Notes: generated by a model from the letters alone, not told the origin. Counted from the stretch's first letter, positions 44,231 to 55,244 are shown. The stretch is DNA of 64,000 nucleotides from Gammaproteobacteria bacterium (GCA_029862165.1 JAOTXU010000004.1:43288-107287), one strand, 5' to 3'. Made by a program: numbers and translations.

Positions 44231-47200
44231 ATGTCGCGCATTTACTTGCTCCTGGCCGGTCTATTGGCCTCTCTGTCGCTATCACTGCACGCTGCAGACG
44301 AAACAGAACCCGAACCGGGCCTGAACGAGAAAACCTTTGAAGGACTGAGCTGGCGTGCCATCGGCCCGGCCTTTATGTCCGGCCGCATTTCTGACATTGC
44401 AATTGATCCAAATGATCGCGCTACCTGGTACGTTGCGGTCGGCAGTGGTGGTGTCTGGAAAACGGTCAACGCCGGGACGACGTGGAAAGCTGTATTCGAA
44501 AAAGAAGCTTCCTATTCGATTGGCTCGGTCACCATCGATCCCAACAATTCACAAACGATCTGGGTTGGATCCGGTGAGAATGTCAGCGGCCGGCATGTCG
44601 GTTATGGGGATGGCATATACCGCAGTCTCGACGGCGGTGAGAGCTGGGAGAACATGGGGCTTAAGGATTCGGACCACATCGGCACGATCCGTATCGACCC
44701 ACGGGACTCAAAGGTGATCTTTGTGGCCGCGCAAGGCCCTCTTTGGTCACCGGGTGGTGAGCGTGGCCTCTATCGCAGCGCCGACGGTGGCAAAGAATGG
44801 GAACAGATACTCTCCGCTGGTGAGTACACCGGCGTCGGCGAGGTCCACATGGATCCGCGCAATCCCGACGTCCTGTATGCCACCACCTGGCAACGGCACC
44901 GAACAGTTGCGGCGTTGCTAAATGGCGGACCCGAATCTGGCATACACAAGTCCACCGACGGTGGCGACACGTGGACCAAACTGGAAAAGGGCTTGCCGGA
45001 AGTCAACATGGGCAAGATTGGGCTTGCGATCTCATCACAAAAACCCGACGTGGTTTACGCTGCAATTGAGACAACTCGGCGCAAAGGCGGTTTTTACCGC
45101 TCCGAAGATGGCGGCGCCACCTGGGAAAAACGGAGCGATTACGTGGCCAGTGGCACGGGGCCGCATTACTACCAGGAAATCTTTGCCAGTCCGCACCAGT
45201 TCGATCGTATCTATCACATGGACGTCTACCTGCACATTTCTGAAGATGGCGGGAAGAATTTCACCAAGACCAGGCGTGGTGCCAAACATGTCGATCATCA
45301 CGCATTGGCATTCGATGCAGATGATCCGGATTACCTGATCGTCGGCAATGATGGGGGCGTATACGAGAGTTTTGATTTGGGTAAGACCTGGCGTTTTATT
45401 TCCAATCTCCCGATAACGCAGTTCTATAAGGTATCGGTCGACTACGACGAGCCTTTTTATAACATCTACGGCGGTACGCAGGACAACAGCTCGCAAGGCG
45501 GTCCGTCGCGCACCGATCACGTATCGGGTATTCGCAATTCCGACTGGAAAATTATCCTCGGTGGCGACGGCCATCAGCCCTTCGCAGACCCGAGCAATCC
45601 CGACATCGTCTATGCACAATGGCAACAGGGAAATCTGAACCGTTACGACCGTCGTACCGGAGAGACGATTTACATTCAACCACAACCCGAAAAAGGCGCG
45701 CCACCCGAACGATTTAACTGGGACGCGCCGATACTGATTAGCGCACACGATCCGCAACGTCTGTATTTTGCCAGTCAGCGACTCTGGCGCAGCAACAACC
45801 GCGGTGATTCCTGGACTGCAGTCAGCACAGACCTGACACGCAACCAGGACCGGCTCAATCTGCCAATCATGGGACGCCGCCATAGTTTCGATGAGCCATG
45901 GGATCTCTATGCGATGTCGATGTATAACACCATCGCCAACATTGCCGAATCTCCGCTGGACGAAGAGCTCCTATACGCCGGTACCGACGACGGTTTGATC
46001 CACGTCAGCACAGATGGCGGCGAAAACTGGCGTCGCGCCGGAAAACTATCCGGCGTACCCGACTACTTCTATGTCAATGACATTAAAGCTGACTTACATG
46101 ACGCTGACACCGTCTACGTCGCAGTCGATAATCACAAAGCCGGTGATTATCAGCCTTATCTGTTCAAGAGCACGGACCGCGGTCGTAGCTGGCGCAGGAT
46201 CAGCCGTGGGATACCGGACCGTCATCTGGTCTGGCGCATCGTGCAAGATCACGTAAAGCCTGGCTTATTGTTTGCTGGCACCGAATTTGGTGTCTTCTTT
46301 ACTATCGATGGCGGTGGCAACTGGACCAAGCTCAGTGGCAATACGCCAAATATCCCATTTCGCGATCTGGTAATTCAAAAACGCGAAAATGATCTAGTCG
46401 GTGCAACGTTTGGACGAAGTTTTTTTGTGCTGGATGATTACACAGCGTTGCGCCACGTTACTGTCGATATGCTGGAAAATAATATCGCTTTGTTCCCCGT
46501 CAGAAAGACGCGTTGGTATATGCCGCGCTTACCACTGGGCTGCATGATGCCGAATTGCCCGGAATCGCAGGGCAATGCCTATTTCGTCGCGCCCAATCCG
46601 CCGTTTGGTGCCGTATTCACTTATTACGTCAATGAGCCGATACGTTCGAAAAAAGATCAGCGACTCGAAACGGAGAAGCCGTTAAACGAAGCCGGCAAGG
46701 ATATTGGATTCCCGGGCTGGGATGTCGTGAACGAAGAAAGCTGGGAAGACGAGCCGGCGATGGTATTCACGATCACCGATGCGCAAGACAACACGATCAG
46801 CCAGGTAGAGGGTCCCGTTACGGCGGGCTTTCATCGCGTTGCATGGGATTTACGTTACCCAAGCCCCGAGCCGTGGGTCGCAGAACCAGACCCTGAGCCC
46901 TGGTCTCCGTCTGCAGGCACGCTAGCCGCGCCGGGCACCTACACCGTGAGTCTGAGCCAACGCATCGACGGAAAACTCAAATCACTAAGCCAATCACAGA
47001 ATTTTGACGTGGTTTCCATTCGCGAGCCGAGCATAGCAGGCATCACACAGGAAGCGCGGGTCGCTTTCTTGCGCAAGGTCGACGCAATCGAAAGAGACGT
47101 AAGAGCCTCTATCTCTGCCATCGATGAATTGATTGGCAATACGACGGCGATGAAAGAAACTCTGACACGCTCTATTGCCGATCCACAGCTATACGACGAA

Positions 47201-47506
47201 ACACACCGTATAGAGAAACGTGCACGACAACTGCGAGAGCGCCTCGCCGGCAACGAACAACGCAACTTTATGAGTGAACCCGGACCGATGCCTATCGATA
47301 GCCGGATCTACGTGGCTGGCTCGGGAGACCGCACCAGCGCGCACGGCCCGACGCAAACTCAACGCCGCAGTCTGGAGATCGCCGAAGAAGAATTCGCCGT
47401 AGTCGGCCGCGACCTGAAAAACTTGTTAGAGGTCGAACTGCGCGAGCTGCGTGAGAAACTGGACACCGCCGGCGTCCCGTGGTCACCCGGGCGTGGCGGA
47501 CTGTAA
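44231..47506 (+). CDS. Secreted BNR/Asp-box (sortilin/VPS10-like) repeat protein, about 1090 aa
   Basis: Signal peptide 'LLASLSLSLHA'. There are at least nine Asp-boxes (SxDxGxTW): 'SLDGGESWE', 'SADGGKEWE', 'STDGGDTWT', 'SEDGGATWE', 'SEDGGKNFT', 'SFDLGKTWR', 'STDGGENWR', 'STDRGRSWR', 'TIDGGGNWT'. Confidence 0.8.
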   Translation: MSRIYLLLAGLLASLSLSLHAADETEPEPGLNEKTFEGLSWRAIGPAFMSGRISDIAIDPNDRATWYVAVGSGGVWKTVNAGTTWKAVFEKEASYSIGSVTIDPNNSQTIWVGSGENVSGRHVGYGDGIYRSLDGGESWENMGLKDSDHIGTIRIDPRDSKVIFVAAQGPLWSPGGERGLYRSADGGKEWEQILSAGEYTGVGEVHMDPRNPDVLYATTWQRHRTVAALLNGGPESGIHKSTDGGDTWTKLEKGLPEVNMGKIGLAISSQKPDVVYAAIETTRRKGGFYRSEDGGATWEKRSDYVASGTGPHYYQEIFASPHQFDRIYHMDVYLHISEDGGKNFTKTRRGAKHVDHHALAFDADDPDYLIVGNDGGVYESFDLGKTWRFISNLPITQFYKVSVDYDEPFYNIYGGTQDNSSQGGPSRTDHVSGIRNSDWKIILGGDGHQPFADPSNPDIVYAQWQQGNLNRYDRRTGETIYIQPQPEKGAPPERFNWDAPILISAHDPQRLYFASQRLWRSNNRGDSWTAVSTDLTRNQDRLNLPIMGRRHSFDEPWDLYAMSMYNTIANIAESPLDEELLYAGTDDGLIHVSTDGGENWRRAGKLSGVPDYFYVNDIKADLHDADTVYVAVDNHKAGDYQPYLFKSTDRGRSWRRISRGIPDRHLVWRIVQDHVKPGLLFAGTEFGVFFTIDGGGNWTKLSGNTPNIPFRDLVIQKRENDLVGATFGRSFFVLDDYTALRHVTVDMLENNIALFPVRKTRWYMPRLPLGCMMPNCPESQGNAYFVAPNPPFGAVFTYYVNEPIRSKKDQRLETEKPLNEAGKDIGFPGWDVVNEESWEDEPAMVFTITDAQDNTISQVEGPVTAGFHRVAWDLRYPSPEPWVAEPDPEPWSPSAGTLAAPGTYTVSLSQRIDGKLKSLSQSQNFDVVSIREPSIAGITQEARVAFLRKVDAIERDVRASISAIDELIGNTTAMKETLTRSIADPQLYDETHRIEKRARQLRERLAGNEQRNFMSEPGPMPIDSRIYVAGSGDRTSAHGPTQTQRRSLEIAEEEFAVVGRDLKNLLEVELRELREKLDTAGVPWSPGRGGL

Positions 47507-47538
47507 AAAAAGGGGCCGGCGTCAGCCGGCCCCGTTTT
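47504..47538. terminator. Bidirectional rho-independent terminator between convergent genes
   Basis: A7-GGGGCCGGC-gtca-GCCGGCCCC-GT5. The hairpin is flanked by an A-run and a T-run, so it serves both 44231..47506 (+) and 47552..48004 (-). Confidence 0.8.
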
Positions 47539-47551
47539 TAGGCGACGTGGT

Positions 47552-48004
47552 TTATTTCAGCTTAATTTCGCGAAACTGATACTCGCCGACGATCTCACGC
47601 ATCGCCGGATAGTTTTTCTGCGCATACTCGGTGGCGTCATCGGCTTGGCTCTTACCCCACTCCTTGATGAAAGCGTCGTATCTTTTCTTGTTCGGCTCGA
47701 GGTCGCTGCCACTGGCAAACTTGATGACGAGCAGCAAATTAAAATCACCACTCTCAGGCAATTGACTGCGATAAATGTGGTAGTCCTCAATCTGGCCTAA
47801 CTTCTTTGCAATCTCGTTACCTTTTACCCACGTATTCTTAATGCCTTCCAGGTAAGCATCACCCATATTCGAGTCTACTTTGACTGTCGTGACGCTCCAG
47901 ACGGCCTCACTGGGCTCATAGTCCGTCCACGGGTCCAGGTCGGCAATCGCGGATGATGCATACAACAAGGCCGCTCCAGCGGCAACGGCTGAAAACAACT
48001 TCAT
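47552..48004 (-). CDS. Secreted protein of unknown function (single copy of a domain that is duplicated in 59084..59836)
   Basis: Signal peptide 'AAGAALLYASSAIA'. 'YHIYRSQLPESGDFNLLLVIKFASGSDL' resembles 'WKTYAPIVGDDLNFYVVRFCCTTYAGMD' and 'WSWSNSVGGDGGLNLVTPFKDYAGLQ' in the other gene. Confidence 0.6.
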   Translation of the reverse strand: MKLFSAVAAGAALLYASSAIADLDPWTDYEPSEAVWSVTTVKVDSNMGDAYLEGIKNTWVKGNEIAKKLGQIEDYHIYRSQLPESGDFNLLLVIKFASGSDLEPNKKRYDAFIKEWGKSQADDATEYAQKNYPAMREIVGEYQFREIKLK

Positions 48005-48232
48005 TTGGTATCCCCTTTCAATTAGGTAAAAACTGACAAATACAAGTTACCAGTTTTTTAGACCTTGTCCAATCAATGCAACGAAATTGTTTCAAGGCGC
48101 GCGTTCTTACGACGCAGAAATACGGCCGGGCGCTGCGCGCATGGCGGTTGACGAATGAATGATTTCCAGCCAATCCATGTGCTTAGCATACTTGTTGTGC
48201 GACAGACGGGCAGTCAGTAGCATCACCTTATA

Positions 48233-50005
48233 ATGAACGAAGAAACCAAGGGCCGACCGTCCAGCCGCGACTTGCAGCCTTTGCAACAATTATTCTTGTA
48301 TGTGCTGCCGTACAAGTCGACACTGATCGCCGCGTTAGCCGCCCTCCTCCTGGCTGCGGCAGCGACGCTTAGTCTGCCGGTTGCCGTACGCCACATGATT
48401 GATAACGGTTTTGCCAACGCCGGCGATATCGACCGTTATTTCATTATTTTGCTGGCTCTCGCTATTTTTATGGCACTGGCCACGGCAACACGCCACTATT
48501 TGGTTTCCTGGCTGGGTGAACGGGTCGTCACCGATGTACGCTCCGCGGTTTATGCAAACGTCGTGCGACTCGATCCGGTGTTCTTTGAAACGATGCGCAC
48601 CGGCGAGGTCCAATCGCGTCTTACGACCGACACGACTCTGGTCCAGACAGTCATCGGTTCGAGTGCCTCTATGGCGTTGCGTAGTGCTGTGATGATGCTG
48701 GGCGCCCTGATCATGCTGATTATTACCTCACCGAAGCTGGCAAGCATAATCCTGCTACTGATACCCATCGTGATTTTGCCAATCGTCGCATACGCTCGTC
48801 GTGTACGCGGGCTGTCGCGCACCAGTCAGGACCGCATTGCCGATGCCAGTGCACGTGCCGGCGAAACGCTTAATTCAATGCAAACCGTACAGGCGTTCAC
48901 ACAGGAAAGCGGTGAGAGCCGTCGCTTTCATACGAGCGTCGAGGCTGCATTTGTGGCCGCGATGGGTCACGCACGGGCCAGATCAATCTTAACTGCGATG
49001 TCGATACTGCTCACGTTTGCCGGAATCGTCATGGTGTTGTGGCTGGGTGCGCGAGCGGTTGTATCCGGCACGATGACGGCCGGGGAGCTCGGCCAATTTG
49101 TTCTATATGCGGCCACAATGGCCAGCACCACGGCGGTACTCAGCGATGTCTGGGGCGATTTGCAACGTGCCGCCGGGGCAACCGAACGACTTGTTGAACT
49201 GTTATCCGCCGAACCAGAAATACGCGCGCCAGAAAACCCAATATCGTTGCCCGAACCGCCACGTGGTCTGGTCTCATTCAATCACGTTTCGTTTTCCTAT
49301 CCATCCCGGCCCGACACGCCAGCACTCAAACGATTTACGTTACGTGTTTCGACCGGGGAGACCATTGCACTAGTTGGTCCATCGGGTGCTGGCAAGAGCA
49401 CGGTCTTCCAGTTGTTAATGCGTTTCTACGATCCGCAGAAGGGTCACATTGCACTGGATGGTGTCGATATTCGGCAGGCCGATCCCCGCCGCCTGCGTCA
49501 ACGCATTGGGATAGTGCCACAGGATACGATTATTTTTGCAGCCGATGCGATGGAAAACATTCGTTATGGACGACCCGAGGCCACCGATGATGAAGTGCGC
49601 GCGGCGGCCCGTGCGGGGTTGGCAGATGAATTCCTGTCAGTCCTGCCCGACGGTTATCACACCTATTTGGGAGAACGTGGCGTGCGCCTGTCCGGTGGGC
49701 AACGCCAGCGCATCGCGATCGCAAGGGCAATACTAAAAGACCCACCGGTCCTACTACTGGATGAGGCAACAAGCTCTCTTGACGCCGCCAGTGAACGCAT
49801 CGTACAAGAAGCGCTGGGACACCTGGTCAGAGACCGGACCACGCTGGTCATAGCCCATCGCTTCGCAACCGTATTGCGGGCTGACCGGATTATCGTCATG
49901 GACAACGGGCAAATAGTCGATGAAGGCACGCACGACCAATTACAGCGACGCGATGGACTTTATTCACGGCTCGCCAGGCTGCAATTTACGGACGACGCTG
50001 CCTGA
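48233..50005 (+). CDS. ABC exporter, fused permease-ATPase (ABCB/MsbA-like half transporter)
   Basis: Six N-terminal TM helices. Walker A 'GPSGAGKST', signature 'LSGGQRQRIAIARA', Walker B 'VLLLDEATSSLD', H-loop 'IAHR'. Confidence 0.9.
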   Translation: MNEETKGRPSSRDLQPLQQLFLYVLPYKSTLIAALAALLLAAAATLSLPVAVRHMIDNGFANAGDIDRYFIILLALAIFMALATATRHYLVSWLGERVVTDVRSAVYANVVRLDPVFFETMRTGEVQSRLTTDTTLVQTVIGSSASMALRSAVMMLGALIMLIITSPKLASIILLLIPIVILPIVAYARRVRGLSRTSQDRIADASARAGETLNSMQTVQAFTQESGESRRFHTSVEAAFVAAMGHARARSILTAMSILLTFAGIVMVLWLGARAVVSGTMTAGELGQFVLYAATMASTTAVLSDVWGDLQRAAGATERLVELLSAEPEIRAPENPISLPEPPRGLVSFNHVSFSYPSRPDTPALKRFTLRVSTGETIALVGPSGAGKSTVFQLLMRFYDPQKGHIALDGVDIRQADPRRLRQRIGIVPQDTIIFAADAMENIRYGRPEATDDEVRAAARAGLADEFLSVLPDGYHTYLGERGVRLSGGQRQRIAIARAILKDPPVLLLDEATSSLDAASERIVQEALGHLVRDRTTLVIAHRFATVLRADRIIVMDNGQIVDEGTHDQLQRRDGLYSRLARLQFTDDAA

Positions 50006-50064
50006 CGTGACAATGCCGGCCACTCTGTTTTAGTCTGACCGTATCGTCAAAACGGAAGTATGCC

Positions 50065-50799
50065 GTGGCCGATCGATTACGCGAACTGGAGAACGATACA
50101 CTGCAGAACATGCTGCTGGGCGACTATGTGCCCGACGCAATCCACGGGGCACGTCAACGGCAGGATGAGTACATGATCGATCGTTTCCGCGACCGGAACC
50201 TTCGTATCGCCGACATAGGCAGCGGCGACGGCTACCACGGCTCAATTTTCGCACCGGGCTGCGAGTTGTATCACGGCTATGAAATCGCACCGCGCCTCGT
50301 GCAGATGTCACGCGAGCGCTGGGAAAAAGAGGGCCTGGACAACGCCCGGGTGTTTAGCGGCAATGTCGCTGAGGCGAAATTGCAGGATGAATTCTATGAT
50401 CTCGTGATATGCATGTATTTCACGCCGGGCAATTTCCGCGACGTTTCTACAGATCTGACTATGTATACCGACGATTACCTGGATCACAACCCGGTATTCA
50501 TTCAGATCATCTCAAGTTTTCATCGCGCACTGCGCCACGGAGGCGCAATGTTCCTTACGGTTTATCGTGACGTGCCGGAAGCGGAGGCGGCCCAATTCGA
50601 TTTTTATACAACGACGGGACACCCACCCATTTCGCCTAAAGGATCGCGTTTTGTTGCAACCAGCGATGCATTCTGGTCAGTACGCTGGACCCGTGAGAGC
50701 ATGTTGTCGAATCTGGCCGACTGCGGCATCGATTCGGCAACCGTGACTTTTCACGATCTTCATGAGATTGCCTGGCTGGTAGAAATCGAAAAACCGTGA
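50065..50799 (+). CDS. Class I SAM-dependent methyltransferase
   Basis: Motif I 'RIADIGSGDGYHG' and post-I 'YHGYEI'. GTG start at 50065. Confidence 0.65.
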   Translation: MADRLRELENDTLQNMLLGDYVPDAIHGARQRQDEYMIDRFRDRNLRIADIGSGDGYHGSIFAPGCELYHGYEIAPRLVQMSRERWEKEGLDNARVFSGNVAEAKLQDEFYDLVICMYFTPGNFRDVSTDLTMYTDDYLDHNPVFIQIISSFHRALRHGGAMFLTVYRDVPEAEAAQFDFYTTTGHPPISPKGSRFVATSDAFWSVRWTRESMLSNLADCGIDSATVTFHDLHEIAWLVEIEKP

Positions 50800-50802
50800 T
50801 TA

Positions 50803-52287
50803 TCACGGCCTGTAGGGTATTTCGATTGCAATCTTTATAGGCTGACCGGAAGACAACACCACATTCGCTGGCAAGTCGTTCGCCAGCTGCGTTTCCTCGA
50901 GTGTCCAGCGATTGCCAGTCCGCTGACTCAGGCCCGTCAGCGACTCACCCCGTCTGGCCGCCACAATATCGAGATGTCGCTCGGTAATGCTGCCCCGCTC
51001 CGCCGCTGTCAGTGAGCGAAAACTGTCTGCCGAGTTTTCGAACACGCGTGCGTAAGAATTGAATTTTTCCACTGGTGCCATACCGGTTACACGGAACATC
51101 CCCTGTGGATGCGCGATCCAGGTCAGGTGCAGACCGAGCTGACCCTGTTCAGTCTGAGCCTGTGCTATCGCCTGAAACGCCGCAAAACCATTGATCTGCC
51201 CGCTGCCGCTGCTGGTGAAATCCAGGCTGTTTTGCCGGGCATATTCTGTCGCAGCCGCCGTCGGATCGCCGGTCCCGCCTTGTAACTCCAGGCGCAACAT
51301 TGCGTCCCGCTCCGTGGGCGCTGCCAACACTGCGGCAGCCTGATTGTCGGTGTCCCAACCCGTCGGAAATCCCATCGCGAGATCCAGGTCCGGATGCAGC
51401 AGTAATGTATCGCGAAACACGCCACCGGCCGGATCGGGACCAACGAGCAAGTCGTCGAGCTGGTTGTAAAACGCATTCTGACTGCCAGCGATCGCCGGCA
51501 TTGGTGTAATGGTCAATTCGCGCGCACGTGCCGTCGCCGTTTGCGAACGTTCCTGGGTTGGCGGATGCGAATCGAAATAAGTGGGCCGGCGTGCTGCACC
51601 GGTCACCAGGACGGTATAGTCACCGAGTTGATCCATAAAATCGGCCATACCCATCGGATCCCAGCCGGTTTGAGCGGCGAGCTTCTGACCAATCTCGTCA
51701 GATTGTCTTTCCTGGTCACGTCCGTAGGAGGCGATGAGTCCGGCACCGGCGATTTGCCCCAACTGTGATGCCGTTTCTGCCGCCTGCGAACCACCAGCGG
51801 CTCCGGCCAGCACGGTACCCAGCACTGTCAACAAACCCACACCCGTTGCCCGGGTCTGTCGCTGCGCCGAATGACGTGCTGCGACGTGACCTATTTCGTG
51901 ACCGATTACGTTGGCAAGCTCTGCCTCAGAATTAGATATCGCCAGGAGTCCCCGCGACACGTAGATGTAGCCGCCCGGCAGAGCAAAGGCGTTGGGCTCT
52001 GGCATGTTGGCAACGTGAAACTGATATTGAACATCCTGGCGCGGCGACGCGGCAGCCATGCGCTGGCCGATCGCACGGACATAGGCCAACAGTTCCGCAT
52101 CGTCGACCAGACCAATCTGCTGCTCGACCTGCTGCGCGGCCTGTGCCCCGAGGGTTCGTTCCTGCTCGGCAGACATCAACAGGATTTCACGTTTGCCGGT
52201 AACAGGATTTGTGGAGCACGCTGATACGATCAGGCTGGCGATGAGCCATGCAGATACGCGTGTCGTCAGAATTCGGATCATTTTCAT
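50803..52287 (-). CDS. M48-family zinc metalloprotease lipoprotein with LysM-like C-terminus
   Basis: Lipobox 'LIVSAC', zinc site 'VIGHEIGHVAARH', C-terminal 'RRGESLTGLSQRTGNRWTLEETQLANDL....L..GQPIKI' (LysM-like). ATG at 52287. Confidence 0.8.
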   Translation of the reverse strand: MKMIRILTTRVSAWLIASLIVSACSTNPVTGKREILLMSAEQERTLGAQAAQQVEQQIGLVDDAELLAYVRAIGQRMAAASPRQDVQYQFHVANMPEPNAFALPGGYIYVSRGLLAISNSEAELANVIGHEIGHVAARHSAQRQTRATGVGLLTVLGTVLAGAAGGSQAAETASQLGQIAGAGLIASYGRDQERQSDEIGQKLAAQTGWDPMGMADFMDQLGDYTVLVTGAARRPTYFDSHPPTQERSQTATARARELTITPMPAIAGSQNAFYNQLDDLLVGPDPAGGVFRDTLLLHPDLDLAMGFPTGWDTDNQAAAVLAAPTERDAMLRLELQGGTGDPTAAATEYARQNSLDFTSSGSGQINGFAAFQAIAQAQTEQGQLGLHLTWIAHPQGMFRVTGMAPVEKFNSYARVFENSADSFRSLTAAERGSITERHLDIVAARRGESLTGLSQRTGNRWTLEETQLANDLPANVVLSSGQPIKIAIEIPYRP

Positions 52288-52493
52288 CCTAAAGTCTCTT
52301 GCTGATGGGCAGTGCCGATGGTGTCCGGAGGGCATTTTACTGGCAATCGTCAGGCTAGAGCTTGACTAATTGACCGCGGTGAACGATCGTTAACGGCTGA
52401 GGGTGTGTGGTATAGGTGCGACGACTGAAGGGTTCGGTCGTAGCAAACCCTGCGTACAACCTTTCTACTCAGTAAATATAGGGGATTCGTGTT

Positions 52494-55220
52494 ATGGGAC
52501 TCATTATTCGGAAAAGCGTCATCGCGGCCGTCGCGGCGATTTTAGCGCTACCTGTTGCTCTTACGCAACAAGCCTTTGCGCAGGATGACGCGGCCGACTC
52601 TTTGGAAGAGGTAATCACAGTCGGAACGCGGCGAGAGGCGCGCTCCGCAGACGACACACCAGCACCGGTTGATGTAATCGGGGCCGACGAATTGCTGAAC
52701 CAGGGCGACACCGATCTCAGCAACATATTGAGAACGTCGGTTCCGTCGTACAACGTCAATACGCAGCCGATTTCCGATGCGGCAACAATCGTGCGACCCG
52801 CCAACCTCAGAGGCCTCGCACCGGACTCCACGCTGGTCCTGGTCAACGGCAAACGTCGTCACCGGGCAGCGGTTATTTCTTTTCTGGGTGGCGGTATTTC
52901 AGACGGGTCACAGGGTCCGGATATCTCGGCCATACCGGCAATTGCTATCAAGCAGATGGAAGTTCTGCGTGATGGTGCGGCCTCCCAATACGGATCAGAC
53001 GCTATCGCCGGCGTGATTAATTTTGTGCTGCATGATGCGCCGGAGGGTGGCTCGATTGAAGCTCAGTGGGGCGAAACCTACGAGGGCGATGGCGGCCAAT
53101 ACAAGCTTGCTGGCAATATCGGATTCCCCCTCGGAGACCATGGTGGATTCATCAACGTCAGCGGCCAGCTGGCAGAAGCCGATGCAACGAGTCGTTCAGT
53201 TCAGCGTGGCGATGCCGCCGCACTGATTACAGGCGGAAACACCGCTGTTGCCAATCCAGCCCAGATCTGGGGCCAACCGAATGTCAATGGCGACAAGGTT
53301 GTTTTCATAAACACCTCAATTCCGATTGGGGATAACGTTGAATTGTATGGCTTTGGTAACTTAGCGGAGCGTCAGGTAGAAGGCGGTTTCTTCTTCCGTA
53401 ACCCAACCAATCGCGGCGCAGTGTATTCCAATGATGGCGGCGCAACACTACTGGTAGGTGATTTGACGCCTAATGGTACCGGTAACTGCGGTGTCTTCAG
53501 TGTCGACCCCAACGATACGGCCAACCTGGCTGCGCTCGACGCGGATCCCAATTGTTTTGCATTCACCGAGGAAGGCATCGGTGGCGGTGGACAAGCCCTC
53601 CCTGGCCGCGGCGGTTTCACGCCACGCTTCGGTGGGGATCTCGAGGATTCCTCGCTAGTCATGGGTCTACGCGGTGATCTTGAGATCGGTACCGGCCTGT
53701 CATACGACGCCAGCATCGGTCTGGGTAAGAGTGATGTGACTTTTTTCATCAACAACACCATCAACGCAAGCCTGGGTCCCAACACGCCGAGGTCGTTTAC
53801 GCCAGGTCGTTACATCCAAAGCGATACCAATTTCAACCTGGACTTCGCCTACGGTTTTCCGGTGCAGGGGTTTGCATCTGATCTAAACGTGGCGTTTGGC
53901 TATGAAGATCGTAAGGAAGACTTTACAATCGGTGCTGGCGACCCGCTGTCGTTTGCGATCGGACCGCTAGCCGCACCTTCGGCGGCATTTCCAGCCGGTC
54001 AGGGCTTCTCATCGAGTTCCAATGGTTTTGGTGGCTTTACCGAAGCAAGCGCTGGTAAGAGATCACAGAAAAACGATGCGATCTATATCGACGCAGAAGC
54101 CGACGTAACCGATCGGTTGGTCTTGCAGGCGGCAGTACGCCAGGAAGACTTCGACTCATTTGGCGATACCACAAACTACAAGGTCGGCGGGCTGTTCAAG
54201 ATAAATGAAGACGTCGCCATACGCTCGACCTTTAGCACCGGCTTCCACGCCCCGACGGCAGGCCAGGCCAATGTGACCAATATTACGACTGCGTTTAGCG
54301 GCACATTCCTCGTCGACCAGGGGACGATTCCGTTGTCCAGTGCTGCCGGTCAGTTTATCGCCGACTTTATTGTGTCAGAGGGTGGTACAAGACCGACCCT
54401 GGGTCCGGAAGAGTCGGAAAATTTCACGTTGGGCGGAGCGTTCAGCTTCGGCAATTGGGACTTCACGGTTGATTATTTCAATATCACAGTGGATGACCGT
54501 ATCTCGATTTCCGATCAACAGGATTTCGTTGCGGCGCTTCAGACCACAGCGACCAACAACAGTGTGCCCTTTAGCCCCACCGACACGACCAGTCAGTTAT
54601 TGAATCTGCTGGATGCAGCAAACGTGCTCAATGCGTCGGATTTCCAGGGCTCTGAAGATCTGACCAGTTTCGGTTTCTTCAACAACGCCTTCGACACCGA
54701 GACTCAAGGCATCGACATCATCGCCAATACCAACCTCAACCTTTGGGGCGGGAACACAGCGCTGGCAGTGGCGGTCAACTGGACGGACACAGAGGTGACC
54801 CGTGGCACGTTGGCGGGCGGCGACGGAAATCTCTCCTTCACGCGTCAGCGACAGCTGGAAGAAAATATTCCGACTGTACGTGGCAGCATCACCGCGAATC
54901 ACACACAGGGACAGTGGCGTGGTCTTGCACGCCTGAACTACTTCGGGGACTTCTTCGAGTGCCATCTCGATGCAGTGGGCAGCGATCCAATCGGAACCTG
55001 TGATCTGCCGGCCGATGGTGACGCCGAGATCACGCTGGATCTTGAGGGTGCACTTCGTTTTGGAGACAACTATGAGGTCATACTTGGCGCGCGTAACGCC
55101 CTCGACTCAGAGCCCGATGACAACCCCTACGCGACAATCGTCGGCTCTAAATTTCTGCCGACATCACCGAACGGGTTCAACGGTGGATCTTACTACCTGA
55201 AATTCAAGGCCGGATTCTAA
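52494..55220 (+). CDS. TonB-dependent receptor
   Basis: Signal peptide 'LPVALTQQAFA', TonB-box-like 'LEEVITVGTR', plug 'LVLVNGKRR', 'IKQMEVLRDGAASQYGSDAIAGVINFVL'. The barrel ends 'YYLKFKAGF'. Confidence 0.9.
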   Translation: MGLIIRKSVIAAVAAILALPVALTQQAFAQDDAADSLEEVITVGTRREARSADDTPAPVDVIGADELLNQGDTDLSNILRTSVPSYNVNTQPISDAATIVRPANLRGLAPDSTLVLVNGKRRHRAAVISFLGGGISDGSQGPDISAIPAIAIKQMEVLRDGAASQYGSDAIAGVINFVLHDAPEGGSIEAQWGETYEGDGGQYKLAGNIGFPLGDHGGFINVSGQLAEADATSRSVQRGDAAALITGGNTAVANPAQIWGQPNVNGDKVVFINTSIPIGDNVELYGFGNLAERQVEGGFFFRNPTNRGAVYSNDGGATLLVGDLTPNGTGNCGVFSVDPNDTANLAALDADPNCFAFTEEGIGGGGQALPGRGGFTPRFGGDLEDSSLVMGLRGDLEIGTGLSYDASIGLGKSDVTFFINNTINASLGPNTPRSFTPGRYIQSDTNFNLDFAYGFPVQGFASDLNVAFGYEDRKEDFTIGAGDPLSFAIGPLAAPSAAFPAGQGFSSSSNGFGGFTEASAGKRSQKNDAIYIDAEADVTDRLVLQAAVRQEDFDSFGDTTNYKVGGLFKINEDVAIRSTFSTGFHAPTAGQANVTNITTAFSGTFLVDQGTIPLSSAAGQFIADFIVSEGGTRPTLGPEESENFTLGGAFSFGNWDFTVDYFNITVDDRISISDQQDFVAALQTTATNNSVPFSPTDTTSQLLNLLDAANVLNASDFQGSEDLTSFGFFNNAFDTETQGIDIIANTNLNLWGGNTALAVAVNWTDTEVTRGTLAGGDGNLSFTRQRQLEENIPTVRGSITANHTQGQWRGLARLNYFGDFFECHLDAVGSDPIGTCDLPADGDAEITLDLEGALRFGDNYEVILGARNALDSEPDDNPYATIVGSKFLPTSPNGFNGGSYYLKFKAGF

Positions 55221-55244
55221 GCGTTTAGCTTAAAGGCTTTGAGG

